The notes beneath the pieces are model-generated. The model was not told the origin of the DNA, did no database searches, and worked only from the letters and a program-made list of their open reading frames with translations. This document shows, piece by piece, positions 32,710-43,333 of a DNA stretch of 64,000 nt; position 1 is the first letter of the stretch, and the number at the start of each line of letters is the position of its first letter. The DNA comes from Ascoidea asiatica JCM 7603 (taxonomy: Eukaryota > Fungi > Ascomycota). The DNA lies in contig BCKQ01000001.1 in NCBI GenBank assembly GCA_001600695.1, positions 1,343,950-1,407,949 of the forward strand, written 5' to 3'. The position numbers and the translations under genes were made by a program.

Positions 32710-33276
32710 ATGAATCCAGCTATAACAAATTTAGTAATGATGCTTGGTATGATGCAAGTATCAAAAAGATTAGATTGGGAAAATCCAGATACTATATTAT
32801 ATGTTAGAATTTTATATACATCATGTACATTATTAACATTTTCAATTTATTTATTTACAAGATTAAAAATTATTAAAAAAAATGATTTAACAACTTTAAA
32901 ATATTTTACAGAACCAAATAAAATGTCTGGAGAAACTGAAGGTAAATTAATTATTACTACAATTAAAGAATATGATTTAGAACAAATTAATTCTCAAATT
33001 AAAGGAATTTTTACTGGTTTAGCAATGATGGCTTTTATGCATTTATATATGAAATATGCAAATCCATTATTAATGCAAAGTATTTCTCCAGTTAAATCTG
33101 CTTTAGAATCAAATATTGTTAAAATTCATTTATTTAATAAACCTGCAATTGGTGATTTATCAAGACCTTTTAAAACTGCTGGAATGTTTGGTATGGGTTC
33201 TGATTCAATTAAAACTGATAAAGAAACAATTACAAAAGCTGAAACTTCTGGTTCTGGTGGTGTCAAAGAAGAATAA
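32710..33276 (+). CDS. PHO88: SRP-independent ER targeting protein Snd3/Pho88, 188 aa
   Basis: MNPAITNLVMMLGMMQVSKRLD, KIIKKNDLTTLKY and MHLYMKYANPLLMQSI motifs. Confidence 0.95.
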   Translation: MNPAITNLVMMLGMMQVSKRLDWENPDTILYVRILYTSCTLLTFSIYLFTRLKIIKKNDLTTLKYFTEPNKMSGETEGKLIITTIKEYDLEQINSQIKGIFTGLAMMAFMHLYMKYANPLLMQSISPVKSALESNIVKIHLFNKPAIGDLSRPFKTAGMFGMGSDSIKTDKETITKAETSGSGGVKEE

Positions 33277-33389
33277 TTACCTACCTACTTACTACTCTTT
33301 AATAAACAATAATCATCAATCAATTAATCAATTAATCAATTAATCAATTAATCAATTAATTATTATTTCTTTTTGTAAAATTCAAACCT

Positions 33390-33411
33390 GCTGACTCAGC
33401 GCTGACTCAGC
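33390..33411. promoter_or_regulatory. Tandem GCTGACTCAGC x2 (Gcn4/AP-1 core TGACTCA)
   Basis: Perfect 11-bp direct duplication about 310 bp upstream of the ATG at 33720. Confidence 0.55.
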
Positions 33412-33719
33412 CATTTCTTTTCTTTTTTTACTTTTCACTTCCGACCGTTCCGAGCAACAACATTCCGAGCGTCACCTGACCACACCGCCTGTGGATAGGA
33501 GCAAGTCATTTCGACCAGCAACTGTCCAAATCAAGCCACTTTCTTATATTCATTCACATTCATTCACATTCATTCATATTTATACCCTTTTTATACCCTT
33601 TTTATTTACTTCTTTATTTATTTCTTATTCATTCAATCAATCAATTAATCAATCAATCAATCAATTATTATCTTATTAATCAATTCATTCAAATATATCA
33701 ATTCATTCATATCACAAAA

Positions 33720-36647
33720 ATGAATTTGGATTCTTGGACTTCAAAAAATATTACAAATGATTTATCTAATAACTTATCAAATAACTTATCAAATAACTTA
33801 TCAAATAATATTACAAATTTAAATTTTATAAAAAATTTTGATAAATTATCAACAATTATCAATTCAACAAATTCAATTAATAAATTAATTGAAAAAAATA
33901 ATTTAAATAATTTAAATTTAATTAATATTAAAGATTATTCAAATGATCAAATTTTAATAAAATTAATTCATCTTTTAATTAATAAAAATTTTATTGAATT
34001 TAAAAAAATTTTATCATATTTAAATAATTATTCAAATATTTTAAAATTTAATATTAATGATTATGATTCAAATAATTTAACTTTATTAATATATTTAATA
34101 TATTTTTTAAAAATTTTAAATTTAAATTATCAAATTAATAAAAATAATGAAAATAATGAAATTTCAATTGATTTATTAAAATTAATTTTAAATTTTAAAA
34201 ATATTGATATTAATAAACCTGATAAAATTTTAAATATAAATTTTACTCCATTAATGTGGTCAATATATTTAAATGATTCATATTTAGTTAATCAATTAAT
34301 TACTTTAAGTAATAATAAACTTAATATAAATTATAAAAATATATATAATAAATCTGCTTTTGATTTAATTAAACCAGATTCTGAAATTTATGATTTAATT
34401 ATACCTTTTAAACAACAATCAATTACTCAATCCATTTCTCAATCCATTTCTCAATCCATTTCTCAATCCATTTCTCAATCTGAATTTCAATTTAATGAAT
34501 TCAATGATAATAATGTCAATAATGTCAATAATATCAATAATATCAATAGTAATTCAAAGAGTAGTCATTTTAGAACTCAATCTGAAACTTCATTTTTAGA
34601 TGATATAAATTATTCAGATTTTAATGATAAATTAAAATTACAAACTGTTTCTATAAAAACTTCATTATTAAATAATATTAATTTAAATATAAATGATGAT
34701 GATGATTTATTTAAATCTTCAAATTTAAATAATTTAAATAATAATTTAAATAATAATTTATTATTTGATTTTATAAATACATTACCAAATGAATTTATAA
34801 AATTTAATGTTTATAATATTCCAAATTTTTTAGATTTAATATTTAAAATTAAATATATTAATTCAAAATATTCTTATAATTCAATTATTCCAGCTTCAAT
34901 TTTTTTTCAATTAATTAGATATAGTTGGAATAAATTAAATAATTATTCATTAACTGAAAATATAATAAAATTATTTATAAATAGATTATATTTAATTATT
35001 AATCCAAAACAAAATGATATAGTTTTAATAAGTTATTGGTTAAGTTGTATAAATTTTTTATATTATTATTTATTAAAAGATAATTCAAATTTTTTTAAAT
35101 TTAATCCTAATTTCTTACAAAATTTTATTAATATTATTCAAAAATTAATTCAACAATTAAGTTTATCAATTAATAATAGATTATTAAATATTTTAGATTC
35201 ATGTTTATTAGATTATAATTCAATTCCAATTTTAAATAAAAAAAAAATAATTTTTAAAGATGAATGGAATTTTTTTTTAAATAATAATAATAATAATGAT
35301 AAAGAGAAAGAAAAAGAAAAAGAAAAAGAAAAAAAAGAAAATTTTCAAGAAATTTTAAATTTTTTATATCCACCAAATATTAATGAACAAATTAAACCAT
35401 CACCAATAAAAATTATTGAAATTTTAGAAGCTTTAATTTATGTATTTAAATTACATAATTTAAATAATTTATTTTTAAAAAAAACTTTAGAAATAATTTT
35501 TAATTTTATAAATTGTAAAATTTTTAATAAAATTTTAATTAATAAAAAAAAAAAATATTTAAATAGATCAATTGCAATTCAAATTAGATTAAATTTTAGT
35601 TATATTGAAGATTGGATAAGAAATATAAGTTTAAAATTAGATAAAGAAGATAAAGAAATTTTAAATAATAATCAAATTTATAATTTTAATGAATTTAAAA
35701 AAGATATTTTAATTAATAATCCAGATAATTTAATAAATTATGAAATTAAATTAAATAATATTACTAGATTTAAAGATAGTAAGATTATTAAAGAGAAAGA
35801 GCTTATTGAAAAAGAAGCAAATTATTATTCAGATTTTTATTATTTAAGTTTAAATGAAATTTCTAGATATAATTTTAAGAATTTATTTAATTTATTAGAA
35901 TTTTTACAAGTTTTAACAATGAATATTAAAGATGAAAATGAATTAATGAGTATAATAAATGAAATGAGAAATTTAAGTTATAAAGAAATAATAAGAATAA
36001 TTAAGAATTATAGATATGAAATAAATGAAGATAAAATTTGTAAGAAATTAATTAAAAAAATTATTGAATTAAGTGAAATTTTTGAATTAAATTATAAAAG
36101 GAATAAATTTATTCATTTTAAAAATAATAATAATAATTATGATAATAATAATAAAATTGAAGAAAAAAATGAAATTTATTTAGATGAATATTATAAAATT
36201 AATGAAATTTTAATTTGTTTACCAAGTAAAAGTGAATTAATTAATAAATATGGAGCTGGAATTGGAGGTATAAATAAAGAAAATTTAATAAAATTTCAAC
36301 CAAATATACCAATTGATATAAGAGATTTAATTGATGAAATTTATGATAAAGAGAATGAAAGATTAAATGATGGAGAATATAATGATAATGAAGATTATGA
36401 TATTGGAAATGATATTGGAAATGAAAATGAAAATGAAAATGAAATTGAAATTGATAATAATCGAAATGATAATAAATTGAATGAAAAATTAAATGGAAAT
36501 GAAAATTTATTTAATGATCTTAAAGAACCAGATTCTGCAGCTTATAAAACATGGAATGGTAAATATGAAAATGATAATAATGATAATAATGGTAATAATA
36601 CTGGTAATAAGAAAAGTAATGAAGAATTTGATTTCAATCCATGGTAA
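33720..36647 (+). CDS. Ankyrin-repeat plus Dilute (DIL) domain protein, YPR089W-like; 975 aa
   Basis: Ankyrin-like FTPLMWSI...; DIVLISYWLS; YPP..EQIKPSP; DIL motif YLNRSIAIQIRLNFSYIEDW; YRYEINE; extremely N/I/K/L-rich. Confidence 0.75.
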   Translation: MNLDSWTSKNITNDLSNNLSNNLSNNLSNNITNLNFIKNFDKLSTIINSTNSINKLIEKNNLNNLNLINIKDYSNDQILIKLIHLLINKNFIEFKKILSYLNNYSNILKFNINDYDSNNLTLLIYLIYFLKILNLNYQINKNNENNEISIDLLKLILNFKNIDINKPDKILNINFTPLMWSIYLNDSYLVNQLITLSNNKLNINYKNIYNKSAFDLIKPDSEIYDLIIPFKQQSITQSISQSISQSISQSISQSEFQFNEFNDNNVNNVNNINNINSNSKSSHFRTQSETSFLDDINYSDFNDKLKLQTVSIKTSLLNNINLNINDDDDLFKSSNLNNLNNNLNNNLLFDFINTLPNEFIKFNVYNIPNFLDLIFKIKYINSKYSYNSIIPASIFFQLIRYSWNKLNNYSLTENIIKLFINRLYLIINPKQNDIVLISYWLSCINFLYYYLLKDNSNFFKFNPNFLQNFINIIQKLIQQLSLSINNRLLNILDSCLLDYNSIPILNKKKIIFKDEWNFFLNNNNNNDKEKEKEKEKEKKENFQEILNFLYPPNINEQIKPSPIKIIEILEALIYVFKLHNLNNLFLKKTLEIIFNFINCKIFNKILINKKKKYLNRSIAIQIRLNFSYIEDWIRNISLKLDKEDKEILNNNQIYNFNEFKKDILINNPDNLINYEIKLNNITRFKDSKIIKEKELIEKEANYYSDFYYLSLNEISRYNFKNLFNLLEFLQVLTMNIKDENELMSIINEMRNLSYKEIIRIIKNYRYEINEDKICKKLIKKIIELSEIFELNYKRNKFIHFKNNNNNYDNNNKIEEKNEIYLDEYYKINEILICLPSKSELINKYGAGIGGINKENLIKFQPNIPIDIRDLIDEIYDKENERLNDGEYNDNEDYDIGNDIGNENENENEIEIDNNRNDNKLNEKLNGNENLFNDLKEPDSAAYKTWNGKYENDNNDNNGNNTGNKKSNEEFDFNPW

Positions 36648-36900
36648 ATTAACATAATAATATAAAGAAGATACAGAAGATACAGAAGATACAGAATATA
36701 CTACCAGTAGTATATGGTTAAAGTATGGTTAATAGTCTATAATAATTAATGTTATTCTTATATTTATTTGACACATTCTGCAATCCATTGATCCGAAGCG
36801 AAAGAGGAAGAAAAGAAAGAATTTGAAAAAGAAGTTGAAAAAGAAGTTGAAAAGAGAATAAAGAATAAAGAATAAAGAATCTGATAATACTAGTAAGTAA

Positions 36901-36927
36901 TACAAGTAATACAAGTAATACAAGTAA
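36901..36927. repeat. (TACAAGTAA)3 tandem repeat
   Basis: Read directly. Confidence 0.85.
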
Positions 36928-38145
36928 GTAATTGAGTGATGTTACCCCAAATTATATTCTCTAAGGATTAAGTCTCTGAGGGTGTTAGCACTCTGCGCTC
37001 TTATCCGTGGATAATAATGATTTATTTCCTTTGAAGAAGAGTAATAACACGCTTTCCCCAGATTATACAGTATAAATCACTACTGTATCAATTACAAAAG
37101 TGACAGGTCAGGTGACGGTGACCGGCTGGCGAGTGGTTGGAGTTGACACGCGCTGTCACTGGCTGACGGGCACACGGAGTCCCTCCAAAGCATACAAAGC
37201 AAGCACGGTCCGAGCATCTCGGATCAAAACTATCCATGGCAACCAATTTTAATTACTGGTAATTTAATCAATGGGTAATCCTGCAACAAGGATTTAAAAC
37301 CATGGTTTCCCGGTCTCACTCCAGTAACCATAATTGCACTATAGACTCTTTTTTTTTTTTTTTAATTTTAGAAAATGATAAACTTTTTGTAAAAAATGGC
37401 TGCAAGTAACGCACATGCTAAGTTGTGGGGTACGTCACCAGACATGCTTTGGGTGGTATTGGTGTACGCTCCAAAGCCGCGATGCACGTGTGGACACATG
37501 CCAAGCTGGCTCCTCCACAAAGTTAAAGTTAAACTCCACAGCCCGGAGGCAGTCCAATCAGCGTGCAGTATTACTCACTGACACCAAATCAAATTTAATA
37601 TTACTCAAGATTCTATTACTACATTTGAGATTTCGTACTGCAGTCTTTGTTCTTGTGTTACTGCAACTAGTTGAAGTTCGAATCAGACCATGATTGAATG
37701 CAGTGATCTCTGATTTTGAGTCTGAAGAGAGATTTAATGTTGAGTCTCAGTTCTGGTGTTTGAGTCAGTTTTGTTCAGTTTCCTCCTGCCAGTCCGCCAA
37801 TGATGGCAGTTCCTTCACTCTTTCACTCTTTCACTCTTTTATTACTGTATTAACTAAAACGTTTTTATTCTTTTACAAATCTCTTATAAGTCTAATTTAT
37901 TCCAATCTTGTTTTTATCTTATTTTTATCTTATTTTTATCTTATTTTTATCTTACTTCATATAATCTCAATTGAGTACAATTCATATTAACTACTGTTGT
38001 ATATAAACCATCAATATTCCTTCTGATTTTAAATATTTCTTATTATCTTATTTTCTAAGTTACTAATAATATTTTCATTTTTTACTTAACCGCCGATACA
38101 ATCTTTGATTCAATTTATTATTACTTATTTATTCACTTATTTATA

Positions 38146-40599
38146 ATGAGTCTTGAATCAATTCAAAATAATGATAATCATATAGATAATCATATAGATA
38201 ATCATATAGATAATCATGTAGATCATCATATAAATATTCATATTCAAAATCAAAAGGATATCAATGATATAAATGAAAATGATGAAATAGAAGAAACAAA
38301 AGTAATTATAAATAAAACAGATAATATTAATAATAATGAAAAATCAAATAAAGAAATTCAAATTTCAAAAAAATTAAATTTAAAATTAAAAACAAAACAA
38401 AAATCATTAAAATTAAAACAATCATCAAATTGGAAATTAATTAAAAATCCAAAAAATGGTACTTCAAGAACAAGTCAAGCTTGTGATCGTTGTAGAATTA
38501 AAAAAATTAAATGTGATGGTAATTTACCTTCATGTTCAAATTGTTCAAAAATTGGTTTTAATTGTAAAACTTCTGATAAATTAACAAGAAGATCATTTCC
38601 AAAAGGTTATACTGAAAATTTAGAAAAAAATTTAATTTTCTTACAAAATCAAAATTTAAAATTAATTAATTTTATTAATCAAAATTTTCAATTAAATAAT
38701 GATAATTTAATTAATTATAATTCTACCAATAACAATATTAATAACAATAACAATAACAATGACAATAACAATGACAATGAAATTGATAATGAAATTGATA
38801 ATGAAATTGATAATGATAATGATTTAGAAAATAATTTAGAAAATAATTTATCTTCTTCTTCTATAATTAAAGATATTTTAAATGGTAATTTCACTAATAT
38901 CATACCTTTATCTGATCCTTTAATTAATAAAATTCATAATTCTTCAATTAATAATACTCAAACTATTAATTCTTGTAATAATAATAATAATAATAATACA
39001 ATATCAAATTCATATTCAATAATAAAATCTGATTTAAATAAACTTATTTTACCTGTATTTATAAAAAATAATACTATTCTTGGTAAAAATTTATTAAATT
39101 TTAAATTAAATACAATCTTATCAAATATTACTAAAAATTTTCAAAAAATTAATAATAATTCATCATCTTCATCATCTTCAATAACTAAAATAAATTCTTC
39201 AAATTATAATACTATTTTTACTTCTTCATATATTTATAATAATAATTTAAGAATAATCTTAGATTCAATTATTTTTAATTTATTCATCATTGCAAATGAT
39301 AATTCTCCAATTCCAAATCAATTTTTATTTAATAATACAAATTTATTAATTATTAATAAATTAATTTTAAATTTTTTTAATAAAATTAATAAAAATTTTA
39401 TACCTTTAATTGATGAATTAAATTGGTTTAAAGTTTTTAAAAATTTTATAGAATTTATAAAAAATTTAAATTTTAATTCTTTTAATAAATTTTCAAAATT
39501 TTTAATTAAATTTTCTTTAACTTTTAAATTAAAATTTTTATTAATTTTATATCTTGGTAATATAAATTATAAAATTATCACAAATTCAAATCAAAATATT
39601 AATAATAATGATAATATTAATAATAATGATAATGATAATGATTTACCATATAAAAAACCATTTAAATTACCTTTTAATTTTAATATTTTATCTCAAATTA
39701 TTTTAAATAAATTAAATTTAATTAAATCTCCTTCTTTATCAAAATTACAAATCTTATTATTATTTTTTTATTCTTCTTTATCTTATGATGGTAATGATCA
39801 AAATTTAATTATAAAAAATTTTAATAATAATGATTTTAATGATCTTAATAATATTAATAATCTTGAAAATAATATTGATGATGAAGATAAAAATATGATG
39901 GAATTTAAAGAATTTGATGAATTTGAATCTGATCAATTTAATAATAACAACAACAACAACAATAATAATAGTAATTTTAAAAAAAATAATAATTATTTAT
40001 CTAAAATTTTCTTAAAATCAACTTCAAATTGGTCTTCATTCTTAATTAAAATTTCAAATTTAATTTCAAATTATGTTTTAACTTTAGGTCTTCACTTAAA
40101 TTATAATAATAAATTAATAAATTTTAATTCAAATAATTTCATAAATAAAAATTTTAATCAAATTTTATTTGAAAATAATTTCACAAATAATTTAAATAAT
40201 TCTCCAAATTCAATTAATAATATTACTAATAATAATAATAATAATAATAATTATAATAATAATAATAATAATAATAATGAATTTAAAAATTTAAATAATT
40301 TCTCAACTTTAGGTAATTCAATTAATATTGATTCAAATTTTTCAAAAAATTTTAATGATTCAAATTTAAGATTAAAATTATATTGGTCTTGTTATATTTT
40401 ATTTTCTTTTTTAAATTTATCAATTGGTAATTATAATAATAATTTAAATTTTTTATCAATTCATTATTCAAATGGTATTAAAACTTGTAAAGTACCTGAA
40501 TTAAATTCAATTTTAGTTACAAATAAAAATTTAATTGGTACTATTGAATTAATTAAATTTTTTAAAATTATCAACGAGTTTTTATTTTTTCAATCTTCA

Positions 40600-40643
<44 letters not shown>

Positions 40644-42684
40644 TTTAAATGCAGAGGATTCAAATAATACAACAACCACAAATAATAATAATAATAATAA
40701 TATTTTACCTAATTTCAATAATGAAATTTTATTATTATCCTCAATTAACCTTAAAAAATTAGATTCAAAATTATTAAATTGGAAAAAAAGTTTAAAAAAT
40801 TTAAATTTAGATCATAAAATTCCTGCTGGTGAAATTCCTGATTTTAAAAATTTATTTTTAAATAGTAATGCATTCAATAATTCTTCAATTTCAAAATTTA
40901 AAAGATTTAATTCAATTTCTTCAAATGGTTCAAAAAAAGATCCAATTCAAGAAAGTTTTGAAAATATTCAAGCAATGGATATGAGAAGATCTGTTACTGA
41001 TGTTTATGATTATAATTTTGGTGGTAAAAGAAAACATAATGATTTAGAAGATCAAAATCAAATTAAAAATCAATCAATTAAAAAACGTTCAAAATCAATT
41101 AAAAAAAATGATTCTGATGAAAAAGATGCAAATGCAATCAGTTTACCTGCAATTCAATTAAATTTAATTTATCTTTATGTTCGTACTATAATTCATTTAA
41201 AAAATATAAGTTTTGATAATGATGGTAAAATATTTAATGAAAATTATAATAAAAATGGTATAACAAATTCAAATATAATTCTAGGAAATTTAGCAAGAGA
41301 ATTTTTATCTTATACAGTTTTACTTGATTTTATTGAAAATGATTTTAATAATATAATATTTGATAATAGTATTAATCATATTAATAATTTAACAAATAAA
41401 GGTAATAATAGTTTAATTAATTCTTCAACTTTATCAAAAAAATATACTTTTAAAAAAAATTCAATAATTGGTGCAAAAAGAAGAAAATCTATTAGTACTG
41501 TTTCTTCAAATTTTAATTTATCTCCAACTTCAACTTGTAAAAATGATAATCTATTTTTATCAAATAATTTAAATGATTCAAGCTCCTTTGATTTTGTTTT
41601 AGATAATAAAATTGAAAGAAATGATGATTTATTTAAAAATGGATTTAAACTTTTACCAATAAATTTTCTTCAAATCATGATGTGTCAAGTTTTAAATTTA
41701 GTTTTAATAAGTGATAATTTTTATAAAAAAAATGGTGCCCTTCATCAAGATAGTAAAGTGATTATTGGAAACTCTTTTGATTGCTTATTGAAAAATTATA
41801 ATTATTATTTTTATGAAGATGAAAACTGTATTTATAAAACTATTCATGATTATATTAGTACAGATTTTGAAGTCAAAAATTCTTATGAGCAAATCCAATT
41901 TCCTAATTCATTCAAAGATTTACAATCAAAAAATTATTTACCTGCTACACCTTCAACAGAATTATTTCCTTCTTCTTCATCAACAATGGCAAGATCATAT
42001 TCAATGCCGAATGAACCTTCATCAACTACTCAAGTATTAGGTAATCTGATGTATAGCAGTGGTAGTACTGATTTACATTCTTCAGTTTCTAGTACTGGAA
42101 ATCAGTATTATAATATAAAGAACTTAGTTAATGATAATCATTGCGATAGAAACAATACAGGATATTCTAATTTTAATGATTATAGCAATGATAATATGAC
42201 TTTTCTATCAAATTCAAATATTCCATCAAATCATAGATATAGATCAAATTCAGATTCAATAAGTCCACCATCCAGTTTGTTTTCAAATAATTCTGGATCA
42301 GTTTACCCTCCAAATCACACAGAAGATATGATTAGATCTTTATCCAGTGAAACAAGTGTTAGCTCTAATAATTATAGTCTGTTTCAACATCATCGCCCAA
42401 TTAATAATTCTGATTTAGGAAAATCAAAAGATGATATAAATAAGAGGCCTTTTATAGATAATAATCTGTCTGGATATTATAAAAAATATTCTAAATCTTC
42501 TTCAAATCAATATGGTAAGGGTCCAGTTTTACCCACTATTCCAAGTCTTTCAAATTTATTTGCTACTTTAGATGAGCATAGTCGCAATGATGTAAATGAG
42601 GATCAAGATGATTATGATGGAAAAAATCTTGGTTCTTTTTCCTCCTTCACCATCGATAAGAACAATAACTTTAATCCGATATAA
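38146..42684 (+). CDS. SIP4: Zn(II)2Cys6 transcription factor, Sip4/Cat8 family; 1512 aa with poly-N tracts
   Basis: [49 protein letters not shown] is closer to Sip4 than Cat8. It lies near DPB11, and the two are adjacent in S. cerevisiae (YJL090C/YJL089W). Confidence 0.72.
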
Positions 42685-43333
42685 TGAATTATGACCTTGT
42701 ATATTTTTTTTCAATTTTATTTTATTATTTATTACTTATTTTTTTTTTTAGTGTACTTTTAGAACTTTGAAAATTATATATATTCTTTAATCAAATATAC
42801 AATTTATAACATTCATGCCCGTAGTTCTTTATCAACCTCCATTTGAGCTCATTTTTAAGTTCGGCTCTGAAACCCTTTTTAGAAATTTGCCTAAAGATAT
42901 TTTGCAAAAAAAAAGGCCTTTCGGACGAACGCACAAAACTTTCTCAGACAACCTAAAACATAAGTGGAATCAAGTGAATATTATTTTTGAAGTCGTTTTC
43001 AGAAAAGGGAAATCTTGGCTGATGGGACTCACAGAAAACATTGAATAAAAAAATCCTCGTTTGAAAACTAACATTGTTAAATAGGGCAAAGCTGAAAATA
43101 TGATAATAAGAAGATAAAAAATAAATGGAAAAGTTTTGGTTGATTCATTTCATCCGAATTTCGACAAACAACGAAATACAAGTTTTGTAAAGCTGATTAC
43201 TAACATTTAAAGAAGTCTTTATTAAAGTGGTCTCGAAATTAACTAAATTTTTTCAAAAAGAGTAAAACATTTGCTGAATTAAAAAACTCAAAGAAAAACT
43301 GCTGGTTGGTTTATAAAAATCCACATAAGGATT

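Noticed and set aside
37396-37990. Short ORFs upstream of SIP4
   Set aside because: Explained by the GC-rich promoter island and T-rich leader; no protein-like features.
38061-38150. TACTAAT before SIP4 as an intron branch point
   Set aside because: No YAG acceptor before the ATG.
42815-43048. 77-aa ORF between SIP4 and MON1
   Set aside because: Short, no homology or motif recognised, and little room for a promoter; cannot be supported.
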